Notes: generated by a model from the sequence alone, not told the origin. A stretch of 64,000 bases of DNA from Patescibacteria group bacterium (GCA_038064695.1 JBBTSO010000001.1:85932-149931), one strand, 5' to 3'. Numbered from the stretch's first letter, positions 8,643 through 17,830 are shown. Numbers and translations are program-made.

Positions 8643-9169
8643 TGTTTCTATAATGAGTTGAGGATAGGTGGCTGACAGGAGAGAAGGGTGCTGAACGGTA
8701 GAAATTTTCTATTTTTATTGCAAAATTTTACTACAGTCTGATAAGAGACTGGTTAAATTTAAAGGAAAAGTATGAATTATAAAGAAAAATATCTCGTAGG
8801 TATGGCTGGCGGGGTTTTGGCTGGTGTTCTATATGAAGTCTTGTTGCAAGGTGGATGTCTTGAGTTTCTCTACTTTGCCGATTAGGAGTTTTCTCCATTA
8901 AAAATATTATTCAAAGTTTTAACTAAAAGATACGTATGGCAAGTGAAAACTTTTCAGAAACTCCTAGGCCTATTTTGAATGGGTACACAATTGGATTTTT
9001 ATCATTTACCGTTGTCATGGTATTGCTAAAACTTACTGACACAATTCCTGCACATAATTCATTTGAGTTGTGTCTTCCTCCTGAGAAATAATGGTGAATC
9101 ACCACACGTAACCTCAAAAGTGGATAGTTGTTAGGCTTTGATGCTTAGAACGCTGCTAGAAACTAACCA

Positions 9170-10402
9170 CTAGTTAAACCCTAGTGCAGCGAGTTCTTCG
9201 CGGACGACGGTGGCGTCGTCCCACGGGGTTTTTTTGCCACCCGCCTCCATAATGTAGGGATCGGTGCCTTTTCCTGAAATTAAAACCGCGTCATTTGCTT
9301 TAGCGAGCGTGAGTGCGTGGTGAATAGCTTCGCGACGGTCCATGACGATGGTGGGCGTTCGTTTCATCTCGGTCGTCATATCATTCACTATTTTTTCAGG
9401 GTCTTCGTCGTATGGGTCTTCATTGGTGAGAATAACGGTGTCGCAATGTTCATCGGCAATTTTCCCCATGAGTGGGCGCTTCCACGTGTCGCGTCCGCCG
9501 CCGGTGTTGCCGAGCACACAAATTTTTCTTTGTGGGTAGGCGCTGTAGAGGGCCTCGAGCGAGTCAGGAGTGTGAGCGTAGTCCACGATAACTTTGAACG
9601 GTTGGCCCGCCTCAATAGGTTCTACCCGTCCGCGGACTTGCGGCAAAGTTTTGAGAGCCTGGAGCGCTGCTTCATGAGGAACACCGAACGCTTCTACCAT
9701 TTTTAATGTTGCGAGAGCATTTAGATTATTGAATGTGCCTGAAAGCGGCGTGAGCGCTGGCATCCCTGACGCCTCTTCATCTCTAAAAGAAATGCGCGTG
9801 GGAACCTGAGCGTTTTCAAAAAAGATACGCACGTTTTCATCGCTCGCGTTTGCTACCAACACGCGGTGTTTTTTGGGGGAGCGCTCCAACTCGTGTACAA
9901 TGGCGCGTTTCGCGGCAACGTAGTTTTCAAAAGAACCGTGACGTTCTAGGTGTTCGCGCTGAATGTTGGTAACGATAAGTCCGTCCAAGTTTAAATAGCG
10001 ATGCCGTTCATCAAGCGTCCCTTCGGAAGTTATTTCAACGATTGCGTGCGTGGCCCCTTCGCGCTTCGCGCGAGCGAGAAAGAAGTGGAGGAACCCTCTG
10101 CCCTGCATAGTCATTTTAAAGCGATTGGGCTCTTCTCCTGACGGGGTTGCAAATCGAATGGTTGAGGCAAGTGCCGTTTTGTACCCCGCATGGGTGAATA
10201 CGACATAGAGCATATCGGCGACGGTTGATTTTCCCTTAGTGCCGGTTACTCCAATCACGGTGAGGTGTTTTGTGGGCGTGCCGTAGTAGTGATAGGCGAA
10301 CAGGGAAAGTGCCTGGTGGTACGGTGCGCGTAGCATATGTACCAGCCACTCGGGCATTACTTTTTTTAAAATCTTTGCAAGAAAAGAAACAATACTATAC
10401 AT
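9170..10402 (-). CDS. Mur ligase family protein (MurE/MurF-like UDP-MurNAc-peptide ligase)
   Basis: ATP-binding GVTGTKGKST and DYAHTPDSLEALY (Mur ligase middle domain). Short for a Mur ligase at 410 aa. Confidence 0.6.
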   Translation of the reverse strand: MYSIVSFLAKILKKVMPEWLVHMLRAPYHQALSLFAYHYYGTPTKHLTVIGVTGTKGKSTVADMLYVVFTHAGYKTALASTIRFATPSGEEPNRFKMTMQGRGFLHFFLARAKREGATHAIVEITSEGTLDERHRYLNLDGLIVTNIQREHLERHGSFENYVAAKRAIVHELERSPKKHRVLVANASDENVRIFFENAQVPTRISFRDEEASGMPALTPLSGTFNNLNALATLKMVEAFGVPHEAALQALKTLPQVRGRVEPIEAGQPFKVIVDYAHTPDSLEALYSAYPQRKICVLGNTGGGRDTWKRPLMGKIADEHCDTVILTNEDPYDEDPEKIVNDMTTEMKRTPTIVMDRREAIHHALTLAKANDAVLISGKGTDPYIMEAGGKKTPWDDATVVREELAALGFN

Positions 10403-10404
10403 GC

Positions 10405-10977
10405 TTATTTGGTGCCTGAGAGGAGTCGTAGCGCCTCGCGGATGCGGTCTTCCGCGCGCGTGAGTTCTTTCGGTATCGCGCGCGCGGTATCGCGCGCCTC
10501 TTTGAGTGAGTACCCCAAGCTGACCAGCGCGTCCACCACTTCGCCATCCGACGCGCCACTGCCCGCGCTCCCCGGTGTTGCCACTACTTTTTCTTTCAAC
10601 TCCAGCACAATTTTTTCAGCTGTTTTTCGTCCAATACCAAACGCTCGCGCCAAGACGCTCGCGTCGTTTCCTGAAATAGCGCTTTCAAGTGTTTGGATGT
10701 CGGCACTGTTTAACACGGCAAGTGCCGAGCGGGGGCCAATGCCGGAAACCGTTAAGAGTAGTTCAAACCACTGTAACTCCTCCTTACTTTCAAAGCCGTA
10801 GAGGTCGTGAGAATTTTCTCTAACCGCAAGATGAGTCCATAATGAAAGCTCAACCCCTTCGCGGGCGCTGGCAAGTGTAGGGGCAAGAACCCGCACACGG
10901 TAGCCCAACTGACCCGCGGAAATGATGACCGAGTCTCGAATGGCTGAGAGTACGGTGCCGTGGATATGTCCGATCAT
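10405..10977 (-). CDS. ruvA: Holliday junction DNA helicase RuvA
   Basis: MIGHIHGTV N-terminus, OB fold, HhH region LLTVSGIGPRSALAVL and C-terminal domain III. Confidence 0.85.
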   Translation of the reverse strand: MIGHIHGTVLSAIRDSVIISAGQLGYRVRVLAPTLASAREGVELSLWTHLAVRENSHDLYGFESKEELQWFELLLTVSGIGPRSALAVLNSADIQTLESAISGNDASVLARAFGIGRKTAEKIVLELKEKVVATPGSAGSGASDGEVVDALVSLGYSLKEARDTARAIPKELTRAEDRIREALRLLSGTK

Positions 10978-11049
10978 AAAGACAGTATAGAGCACTCCGC
11001 ACTCATCATTCAGTGCCAGTGCGGTTCAAACAAAAATGCTGATTTCCTT

Positions 11050-11077
11050 GATACTTTATACTGAATACCGTATACTG
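11050..11077. repeat. heptad-periodic ATACTNN array upstream of rpsT
   Basis: gatactttatactgaataccgtatactg matches 3761-3790 at 22 of 26 positions. It ends 10 bp before the rpsT ATG. Confidence 0.6.
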
Positions 11078-11086
11078 CTTTTCTAT

Positions 11087-11353
11087 ATGGCAATTACTAA
11101 AAGCGCAAAAAAGGCTATTCGCTCTCAAGAGCGAAAGCGTGTATTTAACGTCCGCACCAAACGCGCACTTTCAAGCACCGTAAAGGCGACCTCAGCGGCT
11201 CTCGGGAAAGATCGAAAAGAGCAAAATGAAGTCTTAAAAGCCGCCTACAAGGCAATTGATAAAGCAGCAAAACGCGGCGTCATAAAGAAAAATACCGCAG
11301 CGCGTAAAAAGTCCCGCCTCGCACAACGCCTCAAGAAATCATCCGCAAAATAA
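11087..11353 (+). CDS. rpsT: 30S ribosomal protein S20
   Basis: MAITKSAKKAIRSQERKRVFNVRTKRA is typical bS20. Start set to ATG 11087. Confidence 0.85.
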   Translation: MAITKSAKKAIRSQERKRVFNVRTKRALSSTVKATSAALGKDRKEQNEVLKAAYKAIDKAAKRGVIKKNTAARKKSRLAQRLKKSSAK

Positions 11354-11381
11354 AAAACCGCCCTCAGGGGCGGTTTTTGTT

Positions 11382-11831
11382 TTATGCGTGTGAGAGTTTT
11401 CTCCCTCCCAGCATTTTTTTTACTATAGGAACGCCAAATTTAAATCCTACCCCCGCTAGCGCTGTTGCTACTCCCGCCGCCAAAATTGTTTGAGGCATGT
11501 TTGATTTCTGCTTCATAGGAACATACTCGCCCTCCGCGTCGCGTACGTATCCCTGCGCGCGTGCCCACTCGTCATTTTTCATTTGTCCTTCTTCAATATA
11601 ACTTTGGTATTGTCGATTGCCTGCGAGGTCAGTTTTATACCCGAGCTCATCAGTAAAAGGGGAGCGAGTAGGTTTTGCTGCTGGATCAGCATCGCCACTT
11701 TCAAGGTCTATTCCAAGCACTTCACGCACCTCTTCTAAGTTTGAATAAATCGCTACGATTGCTGCTACTGCCGCAACAAGCATTCCACCCATTAAAATAA
11801 AGTTAGGTCGTTCTTTTTTTGTTTCTGCCAT
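11382..11831 (-). CDS. hypothetical membrane protein
   Basis: Two predicted TM helices. No recognised domain. Confidence 0.35.
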   Translation of the reverse strand: MAETKKERPNFILMGGMLVAAVAAIVAIYSNLEEVREVLGIDLESGDADPAAKPTRSPFTDELGYKTDLAGNRQYQSYIEEGQMKNDEWARAQGYVRDAEGEYVPMKQKSNMPQTILAAGVATALAGVGFKFGVPIVKKMLGGRKLSHA

Positions 11832-11915
11832 AAAAGTAAATTTAAACGCGCCAATAAAAGCGCTATTTGAGCATTATATACTTAAATTCTTATTTTGTCA
11901 AATATTCTGTAAGAC

Positions 11916-12866
11916 CTATTTTGAAAGGGTAGTGATGGGGCGGCTTTGGAGAATATAGAGCGTGCCGTTTTCAATTGCCCACTCAATGTCTTGTGGCCTT
12001 CCGTAGTGCTTCTCAATCATTTCTATAACGTCGGCAAGGTGAAGAATATGTTCATCGGCGAGTTTCTGGGCCTCTCTTTTTTCAGAAGGAATGTCTCTCC
12101 ACTCGCTGTCTCCTGTCTGTTTTTTGTAAAGTCCCTTTTCTTGAGAGGCAATATTTTTTTCAATAATTTCTCGTGGTTGTTTGGAAATCACGTACGCGTC
12201 TGGGGTCACGTGCCCTCCCACCACTGCTTCACCTAAACCCCACGCTCCTTCTATGAATAGGTGATTATGGTCTTCCGTAACGGGGTCTACGGAGAAGGCG
12301 ACACCTGAGGCGTCGCTCTGCACCATTTTTTGTATTACCACTGAAACAGAAATGTCGGTTTGACCAAGATTTTTCTCGTAGCGATAAAAAATAGCGCGTG
12401 GGGTGTAGAGCGATGCCCAACAGCGGCGCACATTCTGAAGCACGTGTTCTTTTGTGGTGTTGAGGTACGTATCGAGTTGACCTGCCCACGCAGCGTCGGG
12501 GCCATCTTCAACGGTTGCGCTGGAACGTACCGCCACAAATTCTGCGTTGAGTGCTCCAAACGCATCCATTATTTCGTTCGCCATCTCTGTAGGAATGGGG
12601 TGGGTATTATTTAAAATGCGCTCCTGAATTTTTTCTGACGCGAGGTCCACGCTCGCCGAGTTTTCAATGGAAACAGGCTTTAAAAGTTCTTCAATTTCTG
12701 CTTTGAGCGACGTTGAGGTAATAAAATGTTCAAAGGCTCCTGCCACCACCACAAACCCTCCTGGAACAGGAATTCCCGCACGGGTCATTTCACCAAGCGA
12801 TGCGCCTTTTCCCCCGGCGATGTTTGCGTCGTCTTTTCCGAGCTCTTGGAAGCGTTTAGTCCACAC
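11916..12866 (-). CDS. PEP-utilizing enzyme, N-terminal ATP-grasp (PPDK_N) domain protein; split pyruvate-phosphate dikinase / PEP synthase, part 1
   Basis: GGKGASLGEM...GIPVPGGF start and the YILQSRPITT C-terminal hallmark of the PEP/pyruvate-binding domain. The N-terminal 72 codons of the listed ORF look like a spurious extension. A GTG at 12866 is the proposed start, but it is uncertain. Confidence 0.7.
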   Translation of the reverse strand: MWTKRFQELGKDDANIAGGKGASLGEMTRAGIPVPGGFVVVAGAFEHFITSTSLKAEIEELLKPVSIENSASVDLASEKIQERILNNTHPIPTEMANEIMDAFGALNAEFVAVRSSATVEDGPDAAWAGQLDTYLNTTKEHVLQNVRRCWASLYTPRAIFYRYEKNLGQTDISVSVVIQKMVQSDASGVAFSVDPVTEDHNHLFIEGAWGLGEAVVGGHVTPDAYVISKQPREIIEKNIASQEKGLYKKQTGDSEWRDIPSEKREAQKLADEHILHLADVIEMIEKHYGRPQDIEWAIENGTLYILQSRPITTLSK

Positions 12867-12958
12867 AATGATACAGATTGTATCGTATGAGCTCCCGAGA
12901 CGCCATCTACCGAGTGAACCAATACTCTTGTACACTGTGGATACAAGATCTGGTTTGT

Positions 12959-14254
12959 ATGAAGATTGCTCACATTCACGCGCGCGAAGTTTTTGATTCG
13001 CGAGGCACACCCACTTTAGAGGCAGAAGTAACCACTGAACACGACATAGTGGGGCGCGCCATAGTTCCTTCAGGTGCTTCAACAGGTACCCATGAAGCTC
13101 ATGAGCTCCGAGATAATGATGAAAAACGCTTTGGGGGAAAGGGAGTATTGAAAGCGGTTAGGCACGTGAACGAAGACATCGCGCGAACGCTCATCGGGAT
13201 GCCCATAGATGCGCAGGAAACCATTGACGAGGCACTGATTACGCTTGACGGGACTCCGAATAAAAAACGCCTCGGGGCGAACGCGCTTCTCGGGGTGTCG
13301 CTTGCGACCGCTCACGCCGCAGCGAAAGAAAAAAACATTCCTCTCTATGAGTACGCGAGTCTTCTTTCAGAAGAAAAACGCGAGCCGGTGTTGCCGCTTC
13401 CGCTCATCAATATTTTAAATGGGGGCGCGCATACGCTCTGGGAATCTACCGACATTCAAGAGTTTATGATTGCTCCCGTGGGAGCTGACTCGTTTTCGCA
13501 CGCGCTTCAGATGAGCGCGGAAATTTTTCACGCGCTCAAAGGCGTCTTGAAAGAAGCGGGATACGGGACGGGAGTGGGGGACGAGGGAGGGTTTGCGCCT
13601 GCGCTTAAAGACGGTAACGAAGAAGCGTTTGCACGAATTGCCGAAGCGGTCGGGAATGCAGGGTACGTGTTGGGAAGCGACGTGGTGTTTGCGCTTGATA
13701 GTGCCGCTTCAGAATTTCATCGTGGAGAATCGTACGCGCTTCCGCTTGCGGGCAGAACTCTCACGAGCGATGAGATGATTTCGTGGTATCGCTCACTTTC
13801 AAAAAAATTCCCCATTGCTTCTCTTGAAGATGGGCTTGCAGAAGGTGATTGGGATGGGTGGAGACTCCTTACTCGTGAACTAGGGGACACGATGCAACTT
13901 GTAGGAGATGATCTTTTGGTTACCAACACCACGTTTTTAAATCGGGCAATAGAGGAAAAGGCAGGGAACGCTATTTTAATAAAGGTGAACCAAATAGGAA
14001 CACTCACTGAAACTATTCGTGCCGTTGATAGTGCGCACCGCGCAGGGTGGCGCACCGTTATGTCGCATCGTTCAGGAGAAACAGAGGACACTACCATCGC
14101 ACACCTTGCGGTAGGGTTGGGGTGCGGGCAGATAAAAACAGGGTCGCTCAGTCGTTCTGACCGTGTCGCGAAATACAACGAACTGCTTCGTATTGAAGAA
14201 CGTTTAGGAGACCGCGCAGTATTTGCGGGAAATGTTTTTCTTACTAATAACTAA
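12959..14254 (+). CDS. eno: enolase
   Basis: [38 protein letters not shown] and [10 protein letters not shown]. Start at ATG 12959. Confidence 0.95.
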   Translation: MKIAHIHAREVFDSRGTPTLEAEVTTEHDIVGRAIVPSGASTGTHEAHELRDNDEKRFGGKGVLKAVRHVNEDIARTLIGMPIDAQETIDEALITLDGTPNKKRLGANALLGVSLATAHAAAKEKNIPLYEYASLLSEEKREPVLPLPLINILNGGAHTLWESTDIQEFMIAPVGADSFSHALQMSAEIFHALKGVLKEAGYGTGVGDEGGFAPALKDGNEEAFARIAEAVGNAGYVLGSDVVFALDSAASEFHRGESYALPLAGRTLTSDEMISWYRSLSKKFPIASLEDGLAEGDWDGWRLLTRELGDTMQLVGDDLLVTNTTFLNRAIEEKAGNAILIKVNQIGTLTETIRAVDSAHRAGWRTVMSHRSGETEDTTIAHLAVGLGCGQIKTGSLSRSDRVAKYNELLRIEERLGDRAVFAGNVFLTNN

Positions 14255-14280
14255 CCACTAGCCACTAAACACTAATTTCT

Positions 14281-14898
14281 ATGGCACATCTTTTTTTAAT
14301 GCGACACGGCATGAGCGAGTGGAACAAGCTCGGACTCTGGACTGGGTGGACTGACGTTGATTTGGCTCCGGAAGGGAGAAATGAAGCACGTGCCGCTGCA
14401 AAGTTTTTTAAAGATGTTGCAATTCAGAGTGTACACACTTCTACACTGAAACGCGCGCAACAGACTTTTGCTGAAATTCAAAAAGAACTTTCGTGGCATG
14501 ACCTTGAGCCGTGTGTCTCACCGGCATTAAACGAGAGAAACTATGGGGTTTACACGGGACTCGTAAAAGAAGAAGTGCGAAAAAAGGTAGGGGAGGAGGA
14601 GTATAAAAAAATTAGACGCGGTTTCTCCCATCCCATTCCTGAAGGAGAGTCACTCGCAACCGTGTTTGAGCGCATTAGCTGTTATTTTGAAGATCATGTT
14701 CGCCCTGAACTTCGTCATGGGAAAAACGTGCTCATCGTGGCTCACGGCAACTCGCTCCGCGCACTCGTCAAATACTTAGAAAACATTGACGACGAATCTA
14801 TTGTTGACGTGCATATAGAAACGGGGGAAGTGTACCGGTATGAATTTGATTCGCGCGGACTCTTGGTGGGGAAGCAGATACTAAAAAACGCCGCGTGA
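14281..14898 (+). CDS. gpmA: 2,3-bisphosphoglycerate-dependent phosphoglycerate mutase
   Basis: LMRHGMSEWN (RHGxSEWN motif) and a histidine phosphatase fold. Confidence 0.85.
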   Translation: MAHLFLMRHGMSEWNKLGLWTGWTDVDLAPEGRNEARAAAKFFKDVAIQSVHTSTLKRAQQTFAEIQKELSWHDLEPCVSPALNERNYGVYTGLVKEEVRKKVGEEEYKKIRRGFSHPIPEGESLATVFERISCYFEDHVRPELRHGKNVLIVAHGNSLRALVKYLENIDDESIVDVHIETGEVYRYEFDSRGLLVGKQILKNAA

Positions 14899-14912
14899 GC
14901 GGTGGCGCGTGT

Positions 14913-16211
14913 TTAACGTTTCGCTTCAACGTCGCCGATGATGTTGCGGGTTGCAATAACTGCGTCAGGACTCACCGATACCGAAGTGATACCCCACTCC
15001 ACCAACTTTTGAGTGAGGTCAGGGTAGACCGAAGGCGCTTGCCCGCAAATAGAAACAGGAACACCTCTCTTTTTGCATGTGGTAATAATACGCTCCAGTG
15101 ACCACAATACGGCTTCATTTCGTTCATCAAATAGTTCTGCAAAACGCTCGTTGTCGCGATCAACCCCGAGGGTGAGTTGGGTGAGGTCGTTTGAACCAAT
15201 AGAAACGCCGTCAACACCAACATCTAAAAACTTGTCTAACAAAATAACATTGGAAGGAAGCTCAGCCATCATCCAGATACCCGCCTTTCCTATATTTTTT
15301 TCTTTGAGAAGCGCTTTCACTGTGCGCAGTTCTTCGGGAGTGTGAATGAAAGGGATCATGATGCGCACGTTATCGAATATTTTTTCAACCCGATGTAGCG
15401 CTTCTGCTTCAAGGTCAAATACATCCTTATCCACTGAGTAGCGGAATGCTCCACGAAATCCAATCATCGGGTTTTCTTCCACGGGCTCGTACTTTTCACC
15501 GCCTTCCAAGTCGCGGTATTCGTTTGTTTTAAAGTCAGTGAGGCGATAGGTAACAGGGCGGGGATGAAATGCTTTTGCAAAGATAGAAATTTTTTCAGCG
15601 AGGGTTGCGGTAAATTCTTCTCCCTTTCCTTCTTCAATCATAAAGCGGGGGTGGCGCCCAAGGTGCGCTACGATAAACTCTGCGCGAAGTAATCCTACGC
15701 CGTCAACGTTCATTTTTGCGACTTCTTCGGCGCGTTCGGGGTCAGCGAGGTTCACGTACACGTTCGTTTTTGTTTTTGAATGACGCATTGTTGCGGCAAG
15801 GTTGGTATCGGGAGTAATAGTTTGCTCTCCCGCATAGACTTTTCCTGTCGTTGCGTCAACGGTTATCATTTGGCCGTCTTTTAAGACTTCAAGCGCGTTG
15901 CCTGTTCCCACAATGCAGGGGATACCAAGTTCGCGAGACACAATTGCCGCGTGACATGTGCGCCCACCCTTGCAAGTAATAATTGCTGCCGCTTTTTTCA
16001 TGAATGGCACAAAGTCTGGCGTGGTCATATCGGTCACCAAAATAGACCCTTCGGTGAACTTTATATGAGCTTCCTTCGCATCTCTGATGATAATGACTTT
16101 CCCGGTTGCTGAACCACGACTTGCGGGAGACCCTTTCACGATCACGTCAGATGGTGTGTCCATAATTTTTTGTAGTATGGCGTTCATTATACCTAACAAG
16201 TGAATAAACAC
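14913..16211 (-). CDS. PEP-utilizing enzyme, phosphohistidine swivel domain plus C-terminal TIM barrel; split PPDK / PEP synthase, part 2
   Basis: GGRTCHAAIVSRELGIPCIVG (mobile His domain) and SIGSNDLTQLTLGVDRDNE (PEP-utilizers C-terminal domain). Confidence 0.8.
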   Translation of the reverse strand: MFIHLLGIMNAILQKIMDTPSDVIVKGSPASRGSATGKVIIIRDAKEAHIKFTEGSILVTDMTTPDFVPFMKKAAAIITCKGGRTCHAAIVSRELGIPCIVGTGNALEVLKDGQMITVDATTGKVYAGEQTITPDTNLAATMRHSKTKTNVYVNLADPERAEEVAKMNVDGVGLLRAEFIVAHLGRHPRFMIEEGKGEEFTATLAEKISIFAKAFHPRPVTYRLTDFKTNEYRDLEGGEKYEPVEENPMIGFRGAFRYSVDKDVFDLEAEALHRVEKIFDNVRIMIPFIHTPEELRTVKALLKEKNIGKAGIWMMAELPSNVILLDKFLDVGVDGVSIGSNDLTQLTLGVDRDNERFAELFDERNEAVLWSLERIITTCKKRGVPVSICGQAPSVYPDLTQKLVEWGITSVSVSPDAVIATRNIIGDVEAKR

Positions 16212-16227
16212 GTATTACACTCATATA

Positions 16228-16255
16228 TTGACGTTCAATTTTTTGGTTATATAAT
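16228..16255 (+). promoter_or_regulatory. sigma70-like promoter (TTGACG, 16-nt spacer, TATAAT)
   Basis: ttgacg at 16228-16233 and tataat at 16250-16255. The ATG of a small ORF follows at 16264, implying a leaderless transcript. Confidence 0.45.
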
Positions 16256-16263
16256 ATATTTAT

Positions 16264-16428
16264 ATGGTTAGTATGGATCAAAAAGTACTTAGTTCTTCTG
16301 AAAATCCATTCGGATTGTCTACACTCCGTGGTCCGGTCGCGTTATTGGTTGTAGCACTTGCTGGGGCAGGTCTTCTTGCAGGAGGTGCAGCATGGGGAAT
16401 TGGTGAAATGATTAAACACTACTTATAA
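16264..16428 (+). CDS. small glycine-zipper membrane peptide (54 aa)
   Basis: MVSMDQKVLSSSENPFGLSTLRGPVALLVVALAGAGLLAGGAAWGIGEMIKHYL. Below the ORF-track cutoff, but it is driven by the promoter above. Confidence 0.3.
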   Translation: MVSMDQKVLSSSENPFGLSTLRGPVALLVVALAGAGLLAGGAAWGIGEMIKHYL

Positions 16429-16480
16429 AGATTCCCAAGCATCGGCTTGAAGAGTGTTTCACCTCTGCGCTTAATGGATT

Positions 16481-17107
16481 TTATTTTTCAGCCGCAAGAA
16501 ACTTTTGTTCCCATAACTCCATACGTGTCGGAATCTCATCAATGAGTCCTCTCTTTCTTAATATTCCATAAAAGCCTCGATCTATGGTACAAAGTTTCCC
16601 TCGGGAAATACCCTCATAGTGTTCATGATAGTAAGCGAGAAGCTCTTGGTCAGACATCGAAACCCAGTCACGATACGCAGTAGGAATCTCGTCAATTAAA
16701 TTGCGGTTTCGTAGTGTTTGATAAAAACTAGGATCAATGTCTTGTAGTTTTCTCCTCGATAGTCCCTCGTAATGTTCTTTGTAGTAGGCGAGCATCTCGC
16801 TGTCGCTCATTGTTTTCCATGAACGATATTCGCGCGTTTCTTCAGCAGCTTCTCGAGAACGGCCTCCTTCACGTTCGCGAATGCGTCTCTCATCCTCGCC
16901 TTCTCCTGCAGCGCGGTCAGTACCAAGTCGCACGTCGTCTTCACTTCCTGAATCGTTAGCGGTCAGCACTATGCCTATAGCTACAGCCGCAATACTCATA
17001 CCAAGCAAAATCACACCAGTATTGTCTTTGGTTTGTGAGGTATTATCCACACCAAAATAGAATAGCGCTGACTCGGTATTACGCATAGTTCTAAAACCTC
17101 TCAACAT
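16481..17107 (-). CDS. hypothetical membrane-anchored protein with an internal 45-aa tandem duplication
   Basis: N-terminal TM helix. Two copies of MSD(S/Q)E(M/L)LAYY(K/H)EHYEG(L/I)SR.KL..ID..FY..LR.R.LIDEIPT. Confidence 0.4.
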   Translation of the reverse strand: MLRGFRTMRNTESALFYFGVDNTSQTKDNTGVILLGMSIAAVAIGIVLTANDSGSEDDVRLGTDRAAGEGEDERRIREREGGRSREAAEETREYRSWKTMSDSEMLAYYKEHYEGLSRRKLQDIDPSFYQTLRNRNLIDEIPTAYRDWVSMSDQELLAYYHEHYEGISRGKLCTIDRGFYGILRKRGLIDEIPTRMELWEQKFLAAEK

Positions 17108-17201
17108 TGATGGACTTTACTCTCTCCCGGCGTTTGTTGTCAAATAACTACTAATTTTTTGTGGTCACGAGTCACTAAGTATTTCAAACGCTCTCGGTAC
17201 C

Positions 17202-17335
17202 TGCGGGCCGAGCATTATACCCTCGGTCATTGGCATGCAAGCACGCCATGACCCTCGTGTGTGCTCTCGGTAACTAACGTTGCCGATTCGCACAACTTCA
17301 AAAATACTGAAGCAAGCTTCGTATTTTGTTCAGTT
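17202..17335 (-). repeat. additional tandem copies of the tRNA-Arg(GCG) 3' end separated by long hairpins
   Basis: gctctcggta-type copies at about 17202 and 17264. A 17-bp-stem hairpin (cacaacttcaaaaatac...gtattttgttcagttgtg) lies between copies. Confidence 0.5.
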
Positions 17336-17498
17336 GTGCTCTCGGTAGGAAGTGTCTTGTGTAAGACACAAGCACGCATCGGTCACGGATAATTTTCTGC
17401 TAAAAATTTCCGCGACCCGACAAAAGCGACGGCAGGCAGTTTTTGTCCCTGCATAGACAGGTGAGGCGCCGTCGCGCCTCCGGTTTTCGATTCCTACC
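17336..17498 (-). mobile_element. miniature tRNA-3'-end-associated element (copy at the tRNA-Arg-GCG locus)
   Basis: In the tRNA sense it starts ggtaggaatcgaaaaccggag, an inverted copy of the cognate T-loop region. It ends gacacttcct followed by taccgagagcac, a direct repeat of the tRNA 3' acceptor. It contains the ~75 bp core shared with 28033-28105. Confidence 0.55.
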
Positions 17499-17590
17499 TT
17501 TTTGCGTAGCAACACAAACCCCCGTTCAGGAAGATAGGAGTGTAAACGACGTAAGAAACCTTTGGTGTCTTACGTGGGGGTCGGGGGTTT

Positions 17591-17662
17591 GTGCTCTCGG
17601 TAGGAATCGAACCTACATTGCAAGCTCCGCAAGCTTGCGTCCTATCCATTGAACGACGAGAG
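17591..17662 (-). tRNA. tRNA-Arg (anticodon GCG by manual fold)
   Basis: Reverse complement gives acceptor GCTCTCG/CGAGAGC, anticodon stem CAAGC/GCTTG with loop TTGCGGA, and T arm GTAGGTTCGATTCCTAC. Confidence 0.7.
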
Positions 17663-17689
17663 CATAGTTGCTTACGGGAAGCGCGTAGC

Positions 17690-17830
17690 GCGTGTTTTTG
17701 TGCAAAGAAGGAAAATAGAAGCTCGTTTATATTTTCCTGAATGAACAAAAATTCGAGTAAGCAGATTTTGTCAGAACGCGCTTTCGTATGAACCGGTCAG
17801 TCGACGTCATACGAAAGCATTTACTGACTC
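17690..17830 (-). promoter_or_regulatory. conserved tRNA upstream module, copy 2
   Basis: cgtatgaaccgg...gacgtcatacg hairpin, attttgtcagaacgc, gaacaaaaa and tttatatttt, in the same order and spacing as 5140-5262. Confidence 0.45.

Noticed and set aside
12867-13082. N-terminal 72 codons of the listed 388-aa PPDK_N ORF
   Set aside because: The conserved family start (GGKGASLGE) begins at about residue 90. The upstream part is Trp/Cys-rich, overlaps the eno start region on the other strand and is probably read-through to a distal ATG.
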